From: Natronomonas sp. | GTDB taxonomy: Archaea; Halobacteriota; Halobacteria; Halobacteriales; Natrialbaceae | Length of the DNA stretch: 64,000 nucleotides | Assembly (NCBI GenBank): GCA_047617305.1 | Contig: JBLGCL010000001.1 | Span: 5,936-69,935, forward strand | Direction: 5' to 3' | In this document: positions 16,994-25,272 of the stretch, in pieces | Layout of the letters: each line of letters begins with the position of its first letter | Numbering within the stretch: the stretch's first letter is position 1 | Notes under the pieces: model-generated | Databases searched by the model: none | Told to the model about the DNA's origin: nothing | What the model saw: the letters and a program-made list of their open reading frames with translations, nothing else | Program-made: the position numbers and the translations under genes

Positions 16994-18055
16994 ATGAACT
17001 TCGGATCGAGTAACCAGGCCGGCGAGGAGGAAGGGGTGCCGGCGGACCTCGTCGAGGCGACGGACGAGGCGGGGACGGTCCGGTGTACGGCCTGCGCCCA
17101 CCGGTGCCGGCTGGAGCCGGGCCGGGAGGGCGTCTGCAACGTGCGCCGGAACGTCGACGGCGAACTCCGCCTGCTGACCTACGGCAAGGTCTACGACCGC
17201 CCGTTCGGCCCGCCCGGCACGCCCGATCCGGTCGAGAAGAAACCGCTCTATCACTTCAAGCCGGGCACCCGGATCGCCAGCTTCGGTGGGGCTTCCTGCA
17301 ACTTCTCGTGTGACTTCTGCCAGAACAACCACCTCTCCTTCTCCGCGCCCGACGAGCTGACGCTGCGGGACGTCTCGCCCGAGGAGGCGGTCGAGGGCGC
17401 CATCCAGCAGGACTGCCAGGGGCTGGCGTGGACGTACAACGAGCCGACGATCTACGCCGAGTACGTCCGCGACGGCGCGAAGGCGGCCCACGAGGCGGGC
17501 CTTTACGCCGCCATCGTGACGAACGGCTACTTCACCGAGGAGTTCGTCGACGAGGTCGGCGCCCACCTCGACGCCGCGAACGTCGACATCAAGGGCTTCG
17601 ACGAGCGTGACCACGTCCGGGTCATGGGCGGGCGGCTGGAACCGTCGCTCCGCGGGGCCGAGACCCTCTACGAGAGCGACGTCCACGTCGAGTTGACCTA
17701 CCTCACCATCCCCGACCTGAACGACGACCCCGAGGAGATCCGGGGCTTCGTGGAGTGGGCGCGCGACGAACTCTCACCGTCCGTACCGCTGCACTTTTCG
17801 CGGTTCCATCCGGATCACGAGATGCGCGATCGTCCACCGACGCCGGCCGACACCCTGGAGATGGCCCACGACATCGCCACGGACGCCGGCATGGAGTTCG
17901 TCTACGTCGGGAACGTCCCCGGCCACGACACCAACTCGACGCGGTGCCCCGACTGCGGCCGAACGTGGATCCGTCGGTCCGGCTTCCAGGCGAACCCGGT
18001 CGTCGACCTCGACGGGCGGTGCGAGTGCGGCCGCGAGATCGACGTCGTCACGTGA
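16994..18055 (+). CDS. AmmeMemoRadiSam system radical SAM enzyme (PflA-like activase family)
   Basis: Lies within ORF 16307..18055. The ATG at 16994 gives MNFGSSNQ... There is an N-terminal Cys cluster CTACAHRC...C, the radical SAM motif CNFSCDFCQN, and a C-terminal CPDCG...CECG. Confidence 0.86.
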   Translation: MNFGSSNQAGEEEGVPADLVEATDEAGTVRCTACAHRCRLEPGREGVCNVRRNVDGELRLLTYGKVYDRPFGPPGTPDPVEKKPLYHFKPGTRIASFGGASCNFSCDFCQNNHLSFSAPDELTLRDVSPEEAVEGAIQQDCQGLAWTYNEPTIYAEYVRDGAKAAHEAGLYAAIVTNGYFTEEFVDEVGAHLDAANVDIKGFDERDHVRVMGGRLEPSLRGAETLYESDVHVELTYLTIPDLNDDPEEIRGFVEWARDELSPSVPLHFSRFHPDHEMRDRPPTPADTLEMAHDIATDAGMEFVYVGNVPGHDTNSTRCPDCGRTWIRRSGFQANPVVDLDGRCECGREIDVVT

Positions 18056-18083
18056 CGGAGCGGAGCACGGGACAATCGAGCGG

Positions 18084-19007
18084 TCAGTCGCTCAGCGGTT
18101 CCACGTCGGGCCCGTCGTCGGAGTGGGCGCGCACCCAAAGCTCGCCGATCCGCGAGAGCCGAGTCCGGTGGGACTTGCCCTCGCGCTCCTGTTCGACGTA
18201 CCCCTTCTCGCTGGGACCCAGCCGGTCGACGTTGTAGATGACCTTCGACCGGAAGCTGTCGGTGTACTCCTCGTTCAGCTCGTTCGCGAGCGCCTTGGCC
18301 AGTTCGCTGACCGACTCGAACTCACCCTCGTCGCCGAGTTTGAACAGGATGAGTTCCTCGAAGGGCTTGATCCGGGAGAAGGAAGCGACGGGGAACTCCA
18401 CGATGTGGTTGCCGTCGATCTCCTTGGCGCCGATGGTCGTCCCGCGTTCGTCGAACTCCGCGAGCAGGTCGTTCGCCGCGTCCAGTCGCTCCTGGATCCG
18501 GTCGTCCTCGATGTCCCCGCCCCCAACCTCGGCCACCAGGTCCCGAAGGCGGCGGAGCTCCTCGGCCATCTCGGTTTCCAGGTACTTCTCGGGCGCCGTG
18601 TAGTAGGTGTGGATCAGGTCGCTGTCGGCCTCGCGTTCCACCATGATCGAGTGCGCCGCCGAGGCGAACGCGAAGCTCACGGTCCGGGGCATCGCCGAGA
18701 CGTTGACCCAGACCTCGTTGGGGTCCTCGCGGTCGCCGAGTTCGGCGTTGATCAGGTCGTAGCCCTGTTTGAAGGCGGCGTCGTAGTCGTACACGTCCTC
18801 GACGATGAACCGCTCGGTATCGGCCCCCAGGAGGTTCCGGAAGTCAGTTTCGAGCTTCTCGGTGAGATGGCGGGAGTACTCGACGTTTGCCTCGCTCCCG
18901 ACCGCGCCCTTCAGGAGAATCACGCGATCGACGTCGATCTTGTCGCGCACCAGCGGGGCGATCAGCCGGTCGTAGTCGAACCCCACCGGCACGATGTGCG
19001 TTTGCAT
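18084..19007 (-). CDS. Csa3/CARF-like Rossmann domain plus wHTH transcriptional regulator (HFX_2341-like family)
   Basis: ORF 18084..19007 (307 aa). The N-terminus MQTHIVPVGFDYDRLIAPL...VILL resembles the Csa3/CARF start. The C-terminus (ELILFKLGDEGEFESVSELAKAL...NVDRLGPSEKGYVEQ) looks like a winged helix. Confidence 0.72.
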   Translation of the reverse strand: MQTHIVPVGFDYDRLIAPLVRDKIDVDRVILLKGAVGSEANVEYSRHLTEKLETDFRNLLGADTERFIVEDVYDYDAAFKQGYDLINAELGDREDPNEVWVNVSAMPRTVSFAFASAAHSIMVEREADSDLIHTYYTAPEKYLETEMAEELRRLRDLVAEVGGGDIEDDRIQERLDAANDLLAEFDERGTTIGAKEIDGNHIVEFPVASFSRIKPFEELILFKLGDEGEFESVSELAKALANELNEEYTDSFRSKVIYNVDRLGPSEKGYVEQEREGKSHRTRLSRIGELWVRAHSDDGPDVEPLSD

Positions 19008-19095
19008 GGGTATGGGTTCCGTCCTGGCGACCCTAAAACCTCCCCTCCGGATCGACGAACGACGCGACGAACCGACGGGCCCCGATCGACTCGAT

Positions 19096-19113
19096 CCACC
19101 GCCGAGACGGTGG
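19096..19113. promoter_or_regulatory. inverted repeat CCACCG-N6-CGGTGG in a divergent promoter region
   Basis: The sequence ccaccgccgagacggtgg has 6-bp arms. It lies between divergent regulator genes. Confidence 0.3.
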
Positions 19114-19164
19114 AACGAGCGATCGTCCCGAAGACACGGACGCGTTTTGCACCCTGGACTGCTC

Positions 19165-19184
19165 GGTGAAACCCGAGTTTCACC
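19165..19184. promoter_or_regulatory. perfect palindrome GGTGAAAC-CCGA-GTTTCACC (candidate operator)
   Basis: It has 8-bp perfect arms and a 4-nt spacer. It lies 134 nt upstream of the ArsR-type gene ATG and 158 nt upstream of the Csa3-like gene start. Confidence 0.4.
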
Positions 19185-19317
19185 GTCGGCGAGGAGAGAA
19201 ATCAGCGAATCGATGGGCAGCCGAAGATCGACCGACTGAAGGGAGATAATTCGCTACAATCGGCGTTTTACCTTGCACAAGGGGTTTGAATACCCGGGAC
19301 TATAGGTCCGGATAGGA

Positions 19318-20304
19318 ATGGCCCGCCTCCTCCCGATCCAAGGCGAGACCGAAGTGCCCGACGCCGGCCCTCGAGTGGTCGATCTGGAGGGCGAGGACGC
19401 GGACGCCGTGTTCAGCGCGCTGTCCTCGGACACCGCCCGCGACATCTACCGGACCCTCCAGGAGGAGCCCCACGCGCCCAGCGAGATCGCCGAGGCGGCC
19501 GACACCTCGATCCAGAACGTCCGGTACCACCTCGACAACCTCGAACAGGCGGGGCTCATCGAGGTCGTCGACACGTGGTACTCCTCGCGGGGCAATGAAA
19601 TGAGCGTGTACGCCCCGACCTCGGACGCGCTCGTCCTGGCGTCGGGCGAGGAGCAGACCTCCCGGCTCCGGACGGCCATCTCGCGACTCGTCGGCGGGGT
19701 CGTCGTCCTCGCGCTCGCCAGCCTCGCCTTCCAGCGGGCCGCGAAGGACTTCGTCGGGGGGAAGATCGGCCTCGGCGGAGCCGGTCCGGGTGGAAGCGGT
19801 GCCGGGGAATCCCCGGAGTCCTACGAGTTCGCGGCCGACGGCGGCGACGGCGGCGACGGTGGCGACGCAAGCGAGCGATTGGGCGGTGACAACCTGACCG
19901 GGGGAGAGGACCAGGCGGCGACCACGAAGGCCGACGGGGTCGGCATCATGGACGCCGACACGACGACCCCGGCCCCCGAAGAAACCGGGACCGCAGTGGA
20001 GAAAGCGACCGAGACCGCGACGGAAGCAGCCGCGGGGACGGAGACCCCGATGCCGACCGGGACTCCGGCGCCCCAGGAGACGGCCGCCGGGACTCCGCCG
20101 GCGGAAGCCGAGCGCACGCTGACCGAGTACGCCAACGCGACGCTCGACCAGGCCGCCCGTGAAACGACCACGGCGACGGACGCCGTCAAAGTGGGGAACG
20201 AGGCCGCACAGGCCGGCGGACTCCCGCCCGGACTCGTCTTCTTCGTCGGCGGGGCCGTCGTCCTCGTCTCGGTCGTTGCCTACCTCTACTGGAAGGGCGC
20301 CTGA
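19318..20304 (+). CDS. membrane-tethered ArsR-type winged-helix protein with a Thr/Ala/Glu/Pro-rich extracytoplasmic loop
   Basis: ORF 19318..20304. The wHTH region reads VFSALSSDTARDIYRTLQEEPHAPSEIAEAADTSIQNVRYHLDNLEQAGLIEVV. TM1 is LVGGVVVLALASLAF. A low-complexity region of about 150 aa follows, including DGGDGGDGGD. The C-terminal TM is PPGLVFFVGGAVVLVSVVAYLYWKGA. Confidence 0.8.
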   Translation: MARLLPIQGETEVPDAGPRVVDLEGEDADAVFSALSSDTARDIYRTLQEEPHAPSEIAEAADTSIQNVRYHLDNLEQAGLIEVVDTWYSSRGNEMSVYAPTSDALVLASGEEQTSRLRTAISRLVGGVVVLALASLAFQRAAKDFVGGKIGLGGAGPGGSGAGESPESYEFAADGGDGGDGGDASERLGGDNLTGGEDQAATTKADGVGIMDADTTTPAPEETGTAVEKATETATEAAAGTETPMPTGTPAPQETAAGTPPAEAERTLTEYANATLDQAARETTTATDAVKVGNEAAQAGGLPPGLVFFVGGAVVLVSVVAYLYWKGA

Positions 20305-20336
20305 CCCTCGGTGGACGCGGGGAACGCGGTCCCCAG

Positions 20337-20684
20337 TCAGTACACCCGCCGGCCGTTCGGCACTTCGCGTTCCGGCCGGAGGTAAACGACGTTTCCGTCG
20401 GCGTCGTCGACGCCGGTGACCAGACACTCGCTCTCGAATCCGGCGATTGACACCGTTCCGAGGTTGACGACGGCGAGGACCTGCCGCCCCTCGAGGGCCG
20501 CCGGTTCGTAGTTGTCCGTGACCCCGGCCGCCGAGCGCAACGTTTCCTCCCCGAAGTCGACGGTGAGCTTGTACAGGTCCTTCCGTGCTTCCGGGAACGG
20601 TTCGGCGGACGTGACTTCGCCCACGCGCATCTCGACCTCCTCGAGGAACGCTCCCGGATCGATCGGCGGCTCGTCGATTCCCAT
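20337..20684 (-). CDS. tRNA-binding (CsaA/EMAP-II-like OB-fold) protein
   Basis: Lies within ORF 20337..20927. The internal ATG (cat at 20682-20684) gives MGIDEPPIDPGAFLEEVEMRVGEVTSAEPFPEARKDLYKLTVDFGEE...QVLAVVNLG, a pattern typical of the CsaA/Trbp111 family. Confidence 0.8.
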   Translation of the reverse strand: MGIDEPPIDPGAFLEEVEMRVGEVTSAEPFPEARKDLYKLTVDFGEETLRSAAGVTDNYEPAALEGRQVLAVVNLGTVSIAGFESECLVTGVDDADGNVVYLRPEREVPNGRRVY

Positions 20685-20914
20685 GACAGTCCGAGTCCCC
20701 GCCAGCGAGTCAAAATCCTTTCGTCGGTCGATCGGCCTCGGCGGACGCCGACCATCGGCCCGCAGCCTCCCACCCCATCGATGTGCGAACGCTTTCCACG
20801 CTGGCCCGCGTTCGGGGCTGTCAACAGGTATATCCCCCGGGATTGCCAACCGACGAACGTCCATGACCACGTTCATGGCACCATCACATCGCCCCCAGTC
20901 GGGGCAGATCATCA

Positions 20915-22279
20915 ATGAACGATACAACGAAATACCTGATTCACGCCGAGGTGACGGCCGACGGGGTGGTAGAGCGCAGTGACGTCGTCGGCGCCATCTT
21001 CGGGCAGACCGAGGGCCTTCTCGGCGACGAACTCGACCTCCGGGACCTCCAGGAGTCCTCGAAGGTGGGCCGAATCGACGTCGAGGTCGCGAGCGAGTCG
21101 GGCACCTCGGTCGGCGAGGTGACGATCGCGACGAGCCTCGACAAGGTCGAGACCGCGACCCTCGCGGCCTCGCTCGAGACCATCACCCGGATCGGACCGT
21201 GTCGGTCGAACGTCGAGGTGACGAACATCGAGGACGTCAGGGCCGCAAAACGCCGCCAGGTCGTCGATCGGGCGACGGAACTGCTCATGACCTCGTTCGA
21301 CGACACCGTCATGAGCAGCGAGGAGATCCTCGCGAAGGTCAGGGAGAAGGTTCGCGTCGAGGAGATCACCGAGTACGAGGGGGTGCCGGCCGGGCCAAAC
21401 GTCGGCGAGAGCGACGCCATCGTCGTCGCCGAAGGTCGGGCCGACGTCCTCCAGCTGTTGCGCTACGGCATCAAGAACGCCATCGGCGTCGAGGGCACGA
21501 ACGTCCCCGACCCGGTCGCCGAACTGTCGAAATCCCGGACGACGACCGCGTTCCTCGACGGCGACCGCGGTGGCGACCTCATCCTGCGGGAACTCGCGCA
21601 GGTCGGCGACGTCGATTACGTCGCCGTCGCGCCCGAGGGCAAGTCGGTCGAGGACCTCTCGCATCACGAGGTGTTCACCGCACTCAGGGAGAAAGTACCG
21701 TACGAAACCGTCGAGGAGGCCGACGCGTCGGCCCGGGCGATCGTCGAGTCGGATCCCGTCACCGCACCGGCGACAGACGGGAGCGCCGCGCCGGCGCCGG
21801 AGGCAGCGCCGGATCCGACGGGGGACGAAACCGCGCCGGGCGACGAGGACCCCGGGCCGGAGGGCGAACAACCCGCCGACCCGTCGATCGACGAGGACCC
21901 GGATTCGACCGGGACGGACGAGGACGACGCGGATCCCTCGGCGGACGCCGGGACGGACGACCAGAACGCCGAAACCGTCCCCGACACGCTCGGCGGTCAC
22001 GTCACGCAGGTGGTCGGAGCGGAAACCGATACGGTCCGCCTCCTCGATTCGGACCTCGGGGTGCTGGACGAGGCGCCGGCGGCGGATGCCTTCGACCTCG
22101 TCAGGGATTCCGACGTGGCGCCGACGACGGTGATCATCGACGACGCCATCACCCAGCGCGTGCTCGACGTCGCCGCCCAGCGCGGCGTCGATCGGGTGGT
22201 AGCGCGCGAACTAGGGGAGTTCACCAAGCGTCCGACGGGGGTCAGGATGCTGACCGCCGCACAGCTCGACCCCGCTTGA
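20915..22279 (+). CDS. dnaG: archaeal DNA primase DnaG (Toprim), with an acidic low-complexity insertion
   Basis: ORF 20915..22279. The N-terminus [32 protein letters not shown] matches archaeal DnaG. Toprim motifs are [10 protein letters not shown] and [12 protein letters not shown] Pro/Asp/Glu/Ala-rich insertion spans about 21720-21990. Confidence 0.92.
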   Translation: MNDTTKYLIHAEVTADGVVERSDVVGAIFGQTEGLLGDELDLRDLQESSKVGRIDVEVASESGTSVGEVTIATSLDKVETATLAASLETITRIGPCRSNVEVTNIEDVRAAKRRQVVDRATELLMTSFDDTVMSSEEILAKVREKVRVEEITEYEGVPAGPNVGESDAIVVAEGRADVLQLLRYGIKNAIGVEGTNVPDPVAELSKSRTTTAFLDGDRGGDLILRELAQVGDVDYVAVAPEGKSVEDLSHHEVFTALREKVPYETVEEADASARAIVESDPVTAPATDGSAAPAPEAAPDPTGDETAPGDEDPGPEGEQPADPSIDEDPDSTGTDEDDADPSADAGTDDQNAETVPDTLGGHVTQVVGAETDTVRLLDSDLGVLDEAPAADAFDLVRDSDVAPTTVIIDDAITQRVLDVAAQRGVDRVVARELGEFTKRPTGVRMLTAAQLDPA

Positions 22280-22365
22280 TCGCCGGGTTTGAACGTTGAC
22301 CGCCGGTTGTGAACGCTGGTTGCAGGATTTTCACCCCCTTTCGATCGGGATCGTTTCGACCGCGC

Positions 22366-23742
22366 TTAAACGAGCATCGCCAGTCCGAACGCGACGACGC
22401 CCCCGGTGAGCGTCGCGAGGAAATTGACGCCCTGGTTGCCGAGGTACCGCCCCTCCAGCGTCGCCCCGAGCAGGCTATCCATCGTCATGCCGGCGACCCC
22501 GGCGATCACGACCACGACGCCGACGGGGGGTGTCGACGAAGTGAGGCCGACGGCGGTGACGGCGACGAGGATCGCCCCGGCAGTGCCCGCGAGTTCGCCC
22601 TGCCAGGTCACCCCGCCGTCGGTGCCGGGTTCGACGACTTCCAGGCTGGTGATCAGGCGGGGGCGATCGTAGAGACCGCCGATCTCGCTCGACAGGGTGT
22701 CGGCCATCGCCGTCGCGATCGATCCCGCGAAGGCCGCCGTGAAAAGCGGCGAGAGCGTGGTTCCCATCCCGAACAACCCAGTTTCGCTCGCGGCGTGGGC
22801 GAGGACGGCCACCAGCGCCACGGTCGAGTTGCCCAGGACGTTCCCGCTACCGCGAGCCCCCTCGTTATCCTCGGCGATGCCCCGTTGCTTCTTCTGGTCG
22901 TACCGGAACTTGGACGCCAGGCCGCCGATGCCGAAGAATGCCACCAGGATGACGAACCAGCCGTACCCGCCGAGGACGATGGTGAGCAGCGCGAGCAGGA
23001 CGCCCGTGACCATCCCCGGGATCGAGGCGGTCTCGAGGGCGTAGGAGACGTAACCCAGGGCGATCGTGACCCCCAGCGCGATCGCGATCTCGGTCACGCC
23101 GACGTCGACGACGAGTTCGACGAGCAGCCAGAGCAGGAGGCCGACCGAGAGCATCACGAGCGGGTCGTCGCGCTCGAAGAGGACCGCCCGGAGGAGCGCC
23201 CCCAGCAGCGCCCCGCTCGTGGCCAGGAACACGAACGTGGGGACCTGGGCGGCCATCGCGTCCGCGACGTTTTCGCCGGCGGTCCCGAGGATCGCGGCCG
23301 CGAGGGTCTGGCCGACGAAAGCGGCCACTGCACCGACGATCGCGAACGCGACGCTCCAGGCGACCGGGGCGTAGCCCCGACCCTTCACGTACTGTGCGGC
23401 GACGTTCCCGTATCCGAGCAGCAGGACCGTCCCGACGAACGCCTCCGTCGGGAACGCCGCGTAGACGGTGAGGAGCCCCAGGCCCGTGGCCGAGAGTGAA
23501 AACCCCAGCAGTCCGTAGAGGCGACCGTCCTCCCGGTCGCCGGGCCTGGCGAAGAGCTCGAACCCCACCGTGTCCTTGTCGGCGACGAACGCGAGGGCCG
23601 CGACTATCCCAAACGTCACGGGGCCGCCCCATTCGAGGAACGGCGTGGCGAGGTCGGCCGCCACCCGACGAAACGCCGGCGCCGCAAGGGACAGCGTGGC
23701 GATCCCCGCGAACGCGCCGGCCCGACGGACTGTCGAGGTCAC
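22366..23742 (-). CDS. DUF92 (TMEM19-like) integral membrane protein with an extended N-terminal membrane domain
   Basis: ORF 22366..23742 (458 aa). The C-terminal half contains GNVLGNSTVA, ATAMADTLSSEIG, GTDGGVTWQGELAG and MDSLLGATLE, which are DUF92 signatures. Confidence 0.82.
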   Translation of the reverse strand: MTSTVRRAGAFAGIATLSLAAPAFRRVAADLATPFLEWGGPVTFGIVAALAFVADKDTVGFELFARPGDREDGRLYGLLGFSLSATGLGLLTVYAAFPTEAFVGTVLLLGYGNVAAQYVKGRGYAPVAWSVAFAIVGAVAAFVGQTLAAAILGTAGENVADAMAAQVPTFVFLATSGALLGALLRAVLFERDDPLVMLSVGLLLWLLVELVVDVGVTEIAIALGVTIALGYVSYALETASIPGMVTGVLLALLTIVLGGYGWFVILVAFFGIGGLASKFRYDQKKQRGIAEDNEGARGSGNVLGNSTVALVAVLAHAASETGLFGMGTTLSPLFTAAFAGSIATAMADTLSSEIGGLYDRPRLITSLEVVEPGTDGGVTWQGELAGTAGAILVAVTAVGLTSSTPPVGVVVVIAGVAGMTMDSLLGATLEGRYLGNQGVNFLATLTGGVVAFGLAMLV

Positions 23743-23823
23743 GCTATCGCCAGTTTTCCCGGCGGTTACTTAACGCTCCCGAAGCGCGTCCCTCGATTGG
23801 CACCCCGCGTTCGGATCGGGACG

Positions 23824-23829
23824 TTTAGG
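23824..23829 (+). promoter_or_regulatory. TATA-like box (TTTAGG) 30 nt upstream of the GTG at 23854
   Basis: GGACGTTTAGGCCG. The spacing supports the downstream GTG as the real start rather than the TTG at 23797. Confidence 0.45.
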
Positions 23830-23853
23830 CCGCTCCCGACGGTACGCGAGGCC

Positions 23854-24462
23854 GTGGGACTGTACGACCGCTATCTGGCCGCCCGCATCCGGTGGAGCGA
23901 CGCGGAACCCCCCGGACGCGTCGCCGTCGTCATCACCGAGCGCGACCTCCTCGAGCGCGGCGCGTACGAGACGCTAGAATCGTTCCTCCGGTGGGCGTTC
24001 GACTACGGGGCCGAGCACGTCACCGTCTCGGTGAGCGTCCTCGACGAGGCCGCCGCTCCGACGCTGGTCCGCGAGTTCGAGTCCGTGTCCGCGCCCCGAC
24101 CGATGGCGATCCGGGGCCCGGACGACCGTTCGCGAGCCGACGCGCCGATCCAGGTGAGCATCGGCCAGGGCGGCAGGGCGGAACTCGCCGCCGCGGTCCG
24201 GTCGCTCGCCGAGGACGCCACGGACGGCGACATCGACCCGGACGACATCGACGGGGACCTGCTTGAGGACCGCCTGGTGTTTCCCTCGGAACCCGACTTG
24301 GTCATCAAGACCGGCGCCGAGCGCCTCTCCGACTTCATGATCTGGCAAACCGTCTACTCGGAGCTGTACTTCACCGACGTCAACTGGCGGGACTTCCGCA
24401 AGCGGGACTACCTCCGGGCGGTGCGGGAGTATCAGAACCGCCAGCGGAGGTTTGGCCGGTAG
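23854..24462 (+). CDS. undecaprenyl-diphosphate-synthase-family protein lacking the catalytic N-terminal motif (NgBR/Nus1-like cis-prenyltransferase paralogue)
   Basis: Lies within ORF 23797..24462. The GTG at 23854 gives (M)GLYDRYL. The C-terminal half is clearly cis-PT-like (PDLVIKTGAERLSDFMIWQTVYSELYFTDVNWRDF...NRQRRFGR). The position of the DGNRR catalytic motif instead reads VVITERDLL. Confidence 0.78.
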   Translation: MGLYDRYLAARIRWSDAEPPGRVAVVITERDLLERGAYETLESFLRWAFDYGAEHVTVSVSVLDEAAAPTLVREFESVSAPRPMAIRGPDDRSRADAPIQVSIGQGGRAELAAAVRSLAEDATDGDIDPDDIDGDLLEDRLVFPSEPDLVIKTGAERLSDFMIWQTVYSELYFTDVNWRDFRKRDYLRAVREYQNRQRRFGR

Positions 24463-24664
24463 ATCAAACGTCGATTGGCGAAGGGTCTGAAAGTATCGTG
24501 AGTTTGAACAATAACCCGAACGTCGCCGGGGACCAAAGGGCACAGGGGGAATTTGCCCGCTATAAGAGAGTCACAGAACCATCCATAGCGGTTCATTTCG
24601 TCCGGAGTCGGATGAATCGGCCGTTAGGTAGAGCGTGCGTACTGACCGGCGGCCGGTCCCCAGT

Positions 24665-24670
24665 GTTTAT
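24665..24670 (+). promoter_or_regulatory. TATA box (TTTATT) about 30 nt upstream of the usp ATG at 24696
   Basis: CAGTGTTTATTCTCG is the only AT-rich patch immediately upstream of the universal stress protein start. Confidence 0.5.
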
Positions 24671-24695
24671 TCTCGTGTCGCACGCTGAGGGTTGT

Positions 24696-25130
24696 ATGTA
24701 CGAACGTATCCTCGTTCCGACCGACGGGAGCGGACAGGGCGACCTGGCTGTCGAACACGCGTTGTCTCTCGCCGAGCAGTTAGGCGGGGTCGTCCACGCG
24801 CTGTTCGTCGTCGAACAGGCAGGGCCGAGCGGCCACTGGGACTTTGGGGTCGAAGAACAGGAAGCAACCGGCGAGGAGACGCTGGACGGGGTCGTCGCAC
24901 TGGGCGACGAGCGTGACGTCCACGTCGAGCGCCATCTTCGCCGCGGGGTGCCAAGCGAGGAGATCGTCGACGCCGCCACCGACTACGAGGTCGACCTCAT
25001 CGTAATGGGGACGCAGGGCCGGACCGGGTTCTCACGCATCGCCACCGCTGGCAGCACGACAGAGCGTGTGGTGAGACTGACGGATATCCCGACACTCGTG
25101 GTCGGCGGTGCGGGTGCCGGAGACGCGTGA
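24696..25130 (+). CDS. universal stress protein (UspA family)
   Basis: Lies within ORF 24498..25130. The ATG at 24696 gives MYERILVPTDGSGQGDLAVEHAL...DLIVMGTQGRTGFSRIATAGSTTERVVRLTDIPTLVV, which carries the ATP-binding G-2x-G-9x-G(S/T) motif. Confidence 0.88.
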   Translation: MYERILVPTDGSGQGDLAVEHALSLAEQLGGVVHALFVVEQAGPSGHWDFGVEEQEATGEETLDGVVALGDERDVHVERHLRRGVPSEEIVDAATDYEVDLIVMGTQGRTGFSRIATAGSTTERVVRLTDIPTLVVGGAGAGDA

Positions 25131-25272
25131 GACCGGCGCCCGATTCTACCGAAATAGCTGAAACCTCTGCTTCGACTAATTCGTGAACGGCCTGTACGGA
25201 CCGATTCAGTATTGTAACGTTTCGGGAATATGCGAACGATTCGCAAATTCCATCCGCTAAGCCATAGGATGA

